DNA from: an uncultured Methanosarcinales archaeon
GTDB taxonomy: Archaea; Nanobdellota; Nanobdellia; Woesearchaeales; GW2011-AR9
Length of the DNA: 64,000 bases
Direction: 5' to 3'
Assembly: GCA_964434885.1 (NCBI GenBank)
Contig: CAYSWQ010000003.1
Location: 6,882-70,881, forward strand
Below, piece after piece: positions 26,750 to 35,097 of the stretch. The notes below the pieces were generated by a model. That model did not search any database and was not told the DNA's origin. It worked only from the letters and a program-made list of their open reading frames with translations. The position numbers and the translations under genes are program-made. Position 1 is the first letter of the stretch. The number at the start of each line of letters is the position of its first letter.

Positions 26750-29700
26750 TTTTTCCTCTCATCACTAATTTTTTTTAATTTATCGAAGATGCTTTTGGCT
26801 TCTCCTTTAGAAACTACTTCGTGAACAGGTTTGTCTTGAGTTTTGGTAGCAATGTTTTCTAATTTTGCAAAAACACCTTTTTCTCCGTGTTTTAAACCAG
26901 GCCGAATAGTTTCTTTCTTTTCAACATATTTTTGAGCTAATTGACCCACTCTTTCTTGGTGAGGAATTTCTTTATTTAATAAAGGATTAAGGTGAGGGAT
27001 TGTTTTAGATTCTTGGCTAAATTCTCCAAAAAGCGATTTTCTAACTTGGGTTTTTTCTTTTTTGGCTCTAACTCTTCGTAAACCAAAAATCTTGTGTTTC
27101 CAAGAAGTGATGGTTGGTTTTGGTTTTTGACTAACTGAAGGGGGGGCTGGTCCTCTAAATTTAGCAGGCATTGGTTTTCCTGGACCATGAACAGATTCAT
27201 AATAAAAGACCAAGTAACCACTTCCTCCAAGAACCAAGATAATTCCTAAGGATAAAATTATCCATGCTAACAAACTAGATTTGGAGGTTTTGGTTGTAGT
27301 TTTAGTTGTGGTTGGTTTGGTTGTAGTGGTTGGTTTTTTAGTAATAGTTTTCTTTGGAGCATCAGCATAACAAGGATCATAATATCCAGAATATTCTTCG
27401 TAATTCGAATAATTATCGGTATCATAATCTTCTTTGTCATCTGTTATTCCATCTCCATCAGAATCTTTTTTGAGATAGTCTAAATAACATTTAGTACTTT
27501 GGTCATTATATAATTTTTCCCAAGAATCAGGTAAACCATCTCCATCAGTATCTGCAGAAGATTGGGAAGTTGTGGTTTGTCCAGATGCACATCCAGTTGA
27601 ATCGACATATTTGCCGGCAGTAGTACTGGCACATTTATCACAACTATCTGTAACTCCATCTCCATCAGAATCTTTGAAAGTTATTTTTGTTGTTCTAGTT
27701 TTGTTGTTACCTTTTGGATCAGCAACATAATAACAAATCCATTCAGTTCGTTTTAATGAAATCTTTTGACCATTATAATTAAATGCGGGTTTACAACTAC
27801 CTTCAACAGAACTTTGATAATAATCAAACTTGTCGCAACTTGTTTCGTCAGTACATTTCATCTCTACTTCTACTGCACTACAAGTATCATTAGTTTGAAA
27901 AGAGACAACTGGAGCAGTGACATCTTTATTACATTCAGAATATTTACTATCAACTGCTAAGAAACCATCACTCTCTACTAAAGTTCCAGTGTTTCCGGCT
28001 TTATCAGTTGCTTTTACTTTAATGAAATACTTTCCATTTTTAGTTAATTTGTATTTTATTTTGAAAGGTGAAGTAGCAGCCAAAGAGCCTTTAGAAACTA
28101 TTTTTTTAACAGAGCTATTAGTAACTTCATATAATTCATAATAATAACTAGAGAGGTTTCCTTCATCAGTATAAACATATATCTTTGGAGTATCACTCAA
28201 ACCACAAGAATATTTTTGATCATTGACACTAGTTATTTTTGGTGGGGTTTGATCAACAATAAATTCTATTTTGCCTTCTCTTTTTTCACCCGCAATATTA
28301 CATTTTATTAGATAATAATATTTGCCTTCTGTTAATTTTCCTAAAGAGTGTTGGTGTTTAGTAGAACCAGTAGTTTTGAAAGTAGTGGTATTATATTTAC
28401 AAATTGCTCTCTTGTTAGTTGTTGCTCCTAATTTAACTGCTGTTCCAGAAACATATCCTTTGGGAGAAGTAGAGAGAATATTTCCTTGAACAGAATAATC
28501 TACAGTAAAAGTGATATTTTTTGGTTCAGAAACATTACCTGCTCCATTTTTACATTGAGTAACAAGATTGTATGTTTTTTTAGTCCCACCAAATGAAATT
28601 CTGAACCAAGTGGTGTGTTTGGTATTTAATGTTTTATTATTGACTCCTGGAAAAGGATATATCATGGAGGAATAAGTTGCCTTACCATCATTGTATTTAC
28701 AAATAGTTTTATCGTCGGTCTCAATAAATAAATTAGTGCCTACTCCTTCATTAACAGAAGCTGGTTGAGCATAGGCTTTTTTAATTACTGGTTTGGTGGG
28801 ATCATATTCTAAATTAATTTTCTGAACTGGCCCTAATTTATTACCTAAATCTTTGCACTTAACAAAAATTGTTTTAATTCCTCCTTTTTTGTTGTAGGTA
28901 GAAATAACCTTGCCGGGGAATTTACTTGTTCCATCATTATAATAATAATTTCCTCCAGATTTTGTTTTCTTTAGTTTTTGATGAGAAGGCACTTTTTCAT
29001 AATTAAAAATAGGGTTGAAATCAAAACGACAACTGCTAGTTGGTACTTTGGTGGAAATAACTAAACTGAAATTTGGGTGATAACTAATACCCCATTTTTC
29101 TCCATTATAAGAATAAGGAGTGGGACTGACTAAATTGATTCCAAACCCTTCAATAGATACTTGACCACAATTAGGAGGGGTTTCTTTGTTTCCTCCAGTA
29201 TCTACAGAATAATAACAAACTTGAGTAGATTTATTTAAACTAACTGGTTTAGTGAATTCTTTATATCCGGAAGAAAACTGAGAAGCACAACCAGAACCCA
29301 AACAATAAAAGGTTTTGTTGTAACCAAAACCAGAAACAGAATATTTGAAACTACTAATTTTGGCAGAATCTACAAAAATAGATTTCCAACCTTTAGTAGA
29401 TTGAATTACGGTTCTATTTCCTTCAGTTAAAACTATGTTAGTTTTTGGGCCCGAAATATCAATTTGAAAAATAAAAAAATCTTCTTTAATTTTTTGAGTT
29501 AAAAGATCTTTACAAATGGCTTTGTATGTTCCACTATAATTTCCTGTTTTTAAGGAAAGAGATTTAGTTTTATGTTTTTTATTTGTGGTATCAGCAGTAA
29601 AGTCTGCTACTTTTAAATTTTTGGCGTCGTATAAGCTACAAGTTGCTTTGGTAGCTGTCTTTAATTGGAAATAAGGGGAAGTGGTAGTTATTGGTCCTTT

Positions 29701-32700
29701 TGGATAAATGATATCTATGGCTGGTTCTAAATCAAAAACAAATTGTTTATTTTGAGTATTTTTATTATTGTAATCATCTATACAATTAATAGTTAAGTTG
29801 TAAATTATCCCCGGTAAACTTTTGAAGATGGCTTGTTTATTTTTCTCTTGACGAGTTATTTTTTTGGTTTGTAATGTGCTTTTAGGAAGTAAAGGATCTA
29901 ATTTAAATTCACAACCCATTGGTTCATTGATGCCAGTTAAATAAATTGTTAAATCTGTTTTATCGATTGTAGTAGTATAATTACTTTTGATTTGAAATTG
30001 AGGTTTTTCAGTGTCAATAAAAATAAATTCTTCGCGAACAGTTTCTTGATTAAAATATCTATCTTTAGAATAATATCTGAGGCGATAGGTTTCCCCTTTA
30101 ATGATTTTTCCTTGTAGCGCTTTTACAATATCGGCGGAAGCAATTTCAGTATTTAATTTACCGGGGTATTTTGTCTCTTGGAAAGAAGTACATTTTGGTG
30201 TATTGGATTTAGAATCAGCAAGACAATAACCCAATACCCCTAAGCGGCTTTCATTGTCTGTGCCTTGGAAAGTTAAATTTGTTTGTGATAAAGAAACAAT
30301 TTTTACTTTTCCGGCTGGAAGGATACTTGTAGTTGGAGCCTGATTATCTATTTGACAAAGAGTTGTTTCTCCTGCCGTAAACTGAGAACAATCATCTTTG
30401 CCATCACCATCTCCATCTTTGATGCATCCATGTTCGTCAAACTTTTTTGCTTGACCTTTCCAAACACATTTGCCCCAACCACATTGATCTTTGGAAGAAG
30501 TGATGGTTCCAAGTGAATTTTTTAAAGGTTGATCTCCAACACATTCAGTTTGAGTACTATAAGAATAACAATTGTGAGTTTTGTCTGGTTGAGTACCACA
30601 AGATTTACATTCAGTTAAGTCGTAATAAGAGAAACACCTTCCTAATTGAGAACAAACGGAAGAAGTACAATAATAATTTTCAAAAAGAGAGGAAGAGGCA
30701 CTACAACTTTTACATTGGTCATCTTTTTTATAGTCTTTTTCAACACAATAACCATGGCCAGTTTCTTCCAAGATTGGTAAAGAAAGAATATTTTCAAAAT
30801 TTTTATAGATATTTAACCCCGTGCCAGCTGAAACCCAATTACAAGTAGTACCTAAACAATTATTGATATCACAAGCATCTTTGCTTTGATAATCAAAACA
30901 AGATTTGATGTTAGCACAGCTATCACATTTGTTGACTACGGATTGAGTGTAATCATAATAACAGTAGTTTGTAGGTTCTCCTGATTTAATAGTAGTTGAT
31001 TTAACTCCATAACAAGTTTGACGATTGTAATATAAACCAAAAGGAGTAGCTGCTTGTGGAATCAAACTACATTTTCCAGCATCTTTACATGTGGCAGTAG
31101 TAGAAGTTATTTCAGCACAATAATAAGCACTACCTTTTGTATCTAAAACAGAACAATCTTTAGAAAGGGTTTTTTTATTTTGATTATTACAAGACCACAT
31201 TTTCTTTCTATCTTTTAAATCGTTAGAACAAAAAGTGGCCCATCCTGCTTTTTCTGAATATTGATTCTCACAGATTTGATCTCCCATTGTTACTGAGATT
31301 TTAACAGGGGTAGAAAACCTAGTTTTAACATCAGTATAGACTGCAGTGATTTGATAACTATATTTGCCACCCCATTCTACTTGATCATCTAAATAAGAGA
31401 ACATGGCAGGAGAAGCAGAAAATTGAGCAACTTGTTTGCCATTTTTAAACTTAACAATTTGATAGGCACTAACTTCAGGACAAGGTTTAGTCCATTGTAA
31501 GGAAATTTTCTTAACTCCTTTAATATGATTAGCAGTAAACTTTTCTACACTTTTAGATTGATTTTTTCCACCATAACTACATTGACCAATATATTTAGTA
31601 AGAAGAAGGTCTTGGGTTTTTGTTTCTCCAGATTGTAAATTTATTTTTAATTTCTTTTTCAATTCATAATCCGAATACGTAGCAGAGATTTCTTGCGATC
31701 CAGTAGATAATTCTAATTGGTAATAACCCAAAGGAGAATATTGGGAGTAACTTTTGAATATTCCATTGACAGAAATACTAGCACCATATATTTTTTCATC
31801 TCCAATATTATCTCCATCTTTATCTAACCAAACATAACCTTTAATCCCTTGTAATTTGGTTGTTTCTAAGAGAAAATTTTTCTTGTCGTCTTGTGTTTTG
31901 AGAGTATAACTTTGGTCTTTGGTAGTGTAACCATATTTAGCAAGAGTAAAAATATATTTTTCTTTTGGGACTAGATTTTTAGCAGTGTAAAAACCATTTT
32001 TATCAGATAGAACTGAACCTGATGTAGAGGTGCTTTTCCAAGAAATTAGAACTCTATTAAGTGGTTTGCCATCTTTGTCTTTAACATAACCAGATAGTTG
32101 GGCAGTACCTACTAATTTTTTTAGGGTGAAGTTTAATTCTGTAGTTTGGTTGGTTTTGAGTGTGATTGGTTGATTGATTGTAATATATCCGGATTTTATT
32201 AGTTTGATTAAATGAGTTCCAGGATCATTTTGGAAAGAATAAATTCCAGTTGAAGATGTTGTTTGTGTTTTTCCTTTTAATTCAATTTTAACGCCAGAGA
32301 GAGGGTTTTTGTTTTGGTCGAGTATGGTCCCTTTTAAAGTAACTTGGTTTGTCTTTACTCCACAAGATTGAGAACATTTTGTTGAATCCATTGTGGGGTC
32401 TGTTAGTTTGGTAATCCAAGATTCAAAAGTGGTTAAACCTTCTTTTTTAGCAATATTAAGACAATTCCACTTTGTACCTCCACTTTGTTGATAATAACAA
32501 GTGTTAGAAACTTTACAACACCCAGCAGAACACCAATCATTATAATTTGTTTCAGTTACTTCTTGCCAGCCAGTTTCTTTACCTTTATCTTGTTTTTCAG
32601 CTTCTAACTGACATTCCCCTTGGGTCATGGTTTGACAGTTTACACTACAAGTGATTGATTTACAGGTGGGAATTCCGGAACAATCTTTTCCTGGGTTGAA

Positions 32701-32895
32701 AAAAGAAGTGTATTGTTTAGTTTCTCCAAGGGCTTTGATTTTGTAATCTGCTAGTGCTTTTTCTTCGGTGATTTTCTGACAATAGAGGCTTTTTGAGGAT
32801 TTGGGATAATAATAACATCCATCTAAAGCAAAAGCAGAACTAATTAAAACTAGGAAAATTATAATACTAATTACAGCTACACCTCTTTTTTTCAT
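26746..32895 (-). CDS. Giant (2049 aa) type-I membrane surface protein / putative adhesin. Domain order: signal peptide, N-terminal Cys-rich domain, carboxypeptidase-regulatory-like and other beta-rich domains, thrombospondin-type-3-like Ca-binding repeats, Thr/Lys-rich stalk, TM helix, about 150-aa cytoplasmic tail
   Basis: MKKRGVAVISIIIFLVLISSAFA signal. CSAGCCK and WNCLNIAKKEGLTTF in the N-domain. GVKIELKGKTQTTSSTGIYSF (CarbopepD_reg-like). DSDGDGVTDSCDKC / DTDGDGLPDSW / DSDGDGITDD. TTTKPTTTKTTTKTSK stalk. LLAWIILSLGIILVLGGSGYLVFYY TM. Confidence 0.7.
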   Translation of the reverse strand: MKKRGVAVISIIIFLVLISSAFALDGCYYYPKSSKSLYCQKITEEKALADYKIKALGETKQYTSFFNPGKDCSGIPTCKSITCSVNCQTMTQGECQLEAEKQDKGKETGWQEVTETNYNDWCSAGCCKVSNTCYYQQSGGTKWNCLNIAKKEGLTTFESWITKLTDPTMDSTKCSQSCGVKTNQVTLKGTILDQNKNPLSGVKIELKGKTQTTSSTGIYSFQNDPGTHLIKLIKSGYITINQPITLKTNQTTELNFTLKKLVGTAQLSGYVKDKDGKPLNRVLISWKSTSTSGSVLSDKNGFYTAKNLVPKEKYIFTLAKYGYTTKDQSYTLKTQDDKKNFLLETTKLQGIKGYVWLDKDGDNIGDEKIYGASISVNGIFKSYSQYSPLGYYQLELSTGSQEISATYSDYELKKKLKINLQSGETKTQDLLLTKYIGQCSYGGKNQSKSVEKFTANHIKGVKKISLQWTKPCPEVSAYQIVKFKNGKQVAQFSASPAMFSYLDDQVEWGGKYSYQITAVYTDVKTRFSTPVKISVTMGDQICENQYSEKAGWATFCSNDLKDRKKMWSCNNQNKKTLSKDCSVLDTKGSAYYCAEITSTTATCKDAGKCSLIPQAATPFGLYYNRQTCYGVKSTTIKSGEPTNYCYYDYTQSVVNKCDSCANIKSCFDYQSKDACDINNCLGTTCNWVSAGTGLNIYKNFENILSLPILEETGHGYCVEKDYKKDDQCKSCSASSSLFENYYCTSSVCSQLGRCFSYYDLTECKSCGTQPDKTHNCYSYSTQTECVGDQPLKNSLGTITSSKDQCGWGKCVWKGQAKKFDEHGCIKDGDGDGKDDCSQFTAGETTLCQIDNQAPTTSILPAGKVKIVSLSQTNLTFQGTDNESRLGVLGYCLADSKSNTPKCTSFQETKYPGKLNTEIASADIVKALQGKIIKGETYRLRYYSKDRYFNQETVREEFIFIDTEKPQFQIKSNYTTTIDKTDLTIYLTGINEPMGCEFKLDPLLPKSTLQTKKITRQEKNKQAIFKSLPGIIYNLTINCIDDYNNKNTQNKQFVFDLEPAIDIIYPKGPITTTSPYFQLKTATKATCSLYDAKNLKVADFTADTTNKKHKTKSLSLKTGNYSGTYKAICKDLLTQKIKEDFFIFQIDISGPKTNIVLTEGNRTVIQSTKGWKSIFVDSAKISSFKYSVSGFGYNKTFYCLGSGCASQFSSGYKEFTKPVSLNKSTQVCYYSVDTGGNKETPPNCGQVSIEGFGINLVSPTPYSYNGEKWGISYHPNFSLVISTKVPTSSCRFDFNPIFNYEKVPSHQKLKKTKSGGNYYYNDGTSKFPGKVISTYNKKGGIKTIFVKCKDLGNKLGPVQKINLEYDPTKPVIKKAYAQPASVNEGVGTNLFIETDDKTICKYNDGKATYSSMIYPFPGVNNKTLNTKHTTWFRISFGGTKKTYNLVTQCKNGAGNVSEPKNITFTVDYSVQGNILSTSPKGYVSGTAVKLGATTNKRAICKYNTTTFKTTGSTKHQHSLGKLTEGKYYYLIKCNIAGEKREGKIEFIVDQTPPKITSVNDQKYSCGLSDTPKIYVYTDEGNLSSYYYELYEVTNSSVKKIVSKGSLAATSPFKIKYKLTKNGKYFIKVKATDKAGNTGTLVESDGFLAVDSKYSECNKDVTAPVVSFQTNDTCSAVEVEMKCTDETSCDKFDYYQSSVEGSCKPAFNYNGQKISLKRTEWICYYVADPKGNNKTRTTKITFKDSDGDGVTDSCDKCASTTAGKYVDSTGCASGQTTTSQSSADTDGDGLPDSWEKLYNDQSTKCYLDYLKKDSDGDGITDDKEDYDTDNYSNYEEYSGYYDPCYADAPKKTITKKPTTTTKPTTTKTTTKTSKSSLLAWIILSLGIILVLGGSGYLVFYYESVHGPGKPMPAKFRGPAPPSVSQKPKPTITSWKHKIFGLRRVRAKKEKTQVRKSLFGEFSQESKTIPHLNPLLNKEIPHQERVGQLAQKYVEKKETIRPGLKHGEKGVFAKLENIATKTQDKPVHEVVSKGEAKSIFDKLKKISDERKK

Positions 32896-33020
32896 TTTTT
32901 TCGTTTTAAAAGCTTGATTATAACTTCTTCATAACTCTGCCTGGGATGAATTTTTAATTTATTGAGCGCTTTGACTGTCTCTTTGGAAAGTTTGATAGTA
33001 GTGATTTGTTTTTGTTTCAT
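32892..33020 (-). CDS. 42-aa ribbon-helix-helix (CopG/MetJ-like) DNA-binding protein, translationally coupled (ATGA) to the giant surface protein gene
   Basis: Hand translation MKQKQITTIKLSKETVKALNKLKIHPRQSYEEVIIKLLKRKK. Beta-strand (TTIKLSKET) followed by two helices in RHH register. Not in ORF track. Confidence 0.45.
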   Translation of the reverse strand: MKQKQITTIKLSKETVKALNKLKIHPRQSYEEVIIKLLKRKK

Positions 33021-33042
33021 CTTATTTTAAGCTTATTTCTTA

Positions 33043-33054
33043 TGGTATACCTAA
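33043..33054. promoter_or_regulatory. Palindromic box tGGTATACCtaa (copy 1), about 24 bp upstream of the RHH gene start
   Basis: GGTATACC is a perfect 8-bp palindrome. An identical 12-mer recurs 90 bp further upstream. Confidence 0.35.
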
Positions 33055-33132
33055 GTATCTTTTTGTATATTTATGTATCTTTTATTATATTTTGGTGTCG
33101 TTTGATATGCTTTATTATAATAAAGTATTCTG

Positions 33133-33144
33133 TGGTATACCTAA
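33133..33144. promoter_or_regulatory. Palindromic box tGGTATACCtaa (copy 2)
   Basis: Identical 12-mer to 33043-33054. Both lie in the 300-bp intergenic region ahead of the RHH/giant-protein operon. Confidence 0.35.
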
Positions 33145-33194
33145 AGAATTTAAAAAGGTTTTGGTTGGAGAAAGGACGAGAAAAAATGAAAAAA

Positions 33195-34403
33195 TTACTT
33201 ACGATCAACGATTTCTTTTAAGCGGTGGAAAATGGCTTGGGCTTCTTTTTCACCAATTTTTTTGATTTCTTCGGTTTTTAATTTAGCAATATTTTTTTCA
33301 ACTTCCTGAAAGAAATCTCTCTCTTTTTGGGATTTTTTCCAGTGGGTTTTCTTTAATTCATGGATATGGGCTACTTTTTCTAGTAAATCAACATATGTTT
33401 TTTTGTGGTGGGTTGGTTCACCAAAAATATCAAACAATTCTTTTTTTTTCTTTTCAATGTGATGTTTTCTTTTAATGTGGTGTTCTTCGGGTTTTGAATA
33501 TGAAGGGATCTTAAAAAGTGGTTTTTTAGTAAGGGTTGGTTTTTTTATTTTGGGAATTGGTTGTTTGTTTCTTTGATGAGCTATATATAAGAAGGCAGCA
33601 ATTAGGATTAACACTAATAAGAACCAAAACCACAATCTAGAAGAATTTTTTTTGGGTGTTTGTGTTGAAGTTGATTTAATAGTTGTTTGAGTTTTTGGTT
33701 TTGTTGTGGTTTGTGAAGAAGTTGTTGTTTTTGAAGTAGATGTTAGTTGTGTTATAGTGCTTGCTTGAGAAGATGTTGTTTGGGTAGCTAAACCAGTAGT
33801 TGTTGGTGTTTTTTGAGTTGAAGAAGTAGTTGGTTGTTGAGCAGTTGAAGTTGTTGTTTTTGGTGTTGTGATTGATGAAGTAGGTTTTGCTGTAGTTGAT
33901 GGGTAAGTTGTTGCTTGAGTGGTTGTGCTTTGAGTACATAAAGAACTACAAGCTGTTTTTGTTGTTTTAGAATCAAAATTAAATGTAGTAATACCTTTGT
34001 TTTTAGCAGCGATTTCACAAGACCATTGATTTTTTTGATAAGTACATGATTTTTGATTATTATAAGTGAATTGACAACAACCTGGACTACACCAAGAATA
34101 TTCTTTGCCGCTGGGAATTGGACCACCAAGACATTTACCTTGGTATTGATAATCACAGGTGCTTTTACAATAAATTTCTTGACATTGAGGAAAGTAAATA
34201 GAATTTTCACATTTTTGATTAGAGAAAAAAGATTCTTTAAAATTACAAGTACTATAAGTAGAACATTCATCTTGAGCATCTGTTTTTTCTAAGTCATAAC
34301 AATATAATGCGCTGCTTTTGAAAGTGAAACAACCTTCTTCAGCTAAAATAAAAGGAATTGAGATTAGGAAAAGAATACCAATTATTAAACCTCTTTGATT
34401 CAT
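33195..34403 (-). CDS. Surface protein paralogous to the giant protein: signal peptide, same N-terminal Cys-rich domain, mucin-like Thr/Ser/Gln stalk, TM helix, same conserved cytoplasmic tail
   Basis: N-domain CSPGCCQ and WSCEIAAKNKGITTF match CSAGCCK and WNCLNIAKKEGLTTF of the giant. About 100-aa T/S/Q-rich stalk. TM RLWFWFLLVLILIAAFLYIAH. C-terminus EKEAQAIFHRLKEIVDRK against EAKSIFDKLKKISDERKK in the giant. Confidence 0.6.
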   Translation of the reverse strand: MNQRGLIIGILFLISIPFILAEEGCFTFKSSALYCYDLEKTDAQDECSTYSTCNFKESFFSNQKCENSIYFPQCQEIYCKSTCDYQYQGKCLGGPIPSGKEYSWCSPGCCQFTYNNQKSCTYQKNQWSCEIAAKNKGITTFNFDSKTTKTACSSLCTQSTTTQATTYPSTTAKPTSSITTPKTTTSTAQQPTTSSTQKTPTTTGLATQTTSSQASTITQLTSTSKTTTSSQTTTKPKTQTTIKSTSTQTPKKNSSRLWFWFLLVLILIAAFLYIAHQRNKQPIPKIKKPTLTKKPLFKIPSYSKPEEHHIKRKHHIEKKKKELFDIFGEPTHHKKTYVDLLEKVAHIHELKKTHWKKSQKERDFFQEVEKNIAKLKTEEIKKIGEKEAQAIFHRLKEIVDRK

Positions 34404-34498
34404 ATAACTTATTAATTATTATTTGTTTATAATTATTTTGTTATAGTTTTGTTAAAAAAACAAATAAAATTATAATATATTAGGTAATTATTGTTAAA

Positions 34499-35038
34499 AT
34501 GAAAACAAATTTGGTCTTGATGGAAGAAAGTAAAATTGATTCTTTGGGTTTTGATAGAACTTTGTTTTTGGGGAAGGATTTTGTTTTGGTTGTTGGGGAA
34601 AATAAGAAAGAGTTGTTGAAAAAGATTAGTAAAGCTAAACAACAAGGGTTGAAAGTTGTTGTTAGAGTTAGTTCTGAAGAAATTTTGAGGTTTGTTGTTG
34701 AAAAAACTGCTGTTAATATGATTATTGGTCAAGAAAAAATTAATTTAAAAGATTCTGTTCATTTTCTTCGAGGAGGATTAGATCAAGTTAGTTGTAAAAT
34801 TTGTGCTGAGAAAGGAATTATTGTTGGTTTTAGTTTTGGAGATATTTTAAGTTTGAATGGGGTTGCTAGAAGTAAGTTGTTGGGTCGGATGAAATTTAAT
34901 ATTAAATTATGTAAAAAATATGGTGTTAAATGTTATTTTGGAAGTTTTGCTGATGATTTTTTTGGATTGAGAAGTAGTCATGATTTGCAGAATTTTTGGG
35001 AAGTTTTGGGTGGAATTGGGAATTGTTTAGAGATTTGA
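34499..35038 (+). CDS. Possible RNase P protein subunit Rpp30-like (TIM-barrel)
   Basis: 179 aa. The C-terminal FGSFADDFFGLRSSHDLQNFWEVLG resembles the Rpp30 SSGA..LR.P.D motif. Weak. Confidence 0.3.
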   Translation: MKTNLVLMEESKIDSLGFDRTLFLGKDFVLVVGENKKELLKKISKAKQQGLKVVVRVSSEEILRFVVEKTAVNMIIGQEKINLKDSVHFLRGGLDQVSCKICAEKGIIVGFSFGDILSLNGVARSKLLGRMKFNIKLCKKYGVKCYFGSFADDFFGLRSSHDLQNFWEVLGGIGNCLEI

Positions 35039-35097
35039 TTTTCTTGTCGAGATGTAGCAATATTTATAAATAAAAAAGAATTGCTTTATAGTTATAT

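Noticed and set aside
33676-34292. ORFs 33676..33939, 33788..34279 and 34053..34292 (N/Q/K-rich translations)
   Set aside because: They lie in alternative frames within or antisense to the mucin-like Thr/Ser stalk of gene 33195..34403. Their low-complexity composition is what such repeats produce in wrong frames.
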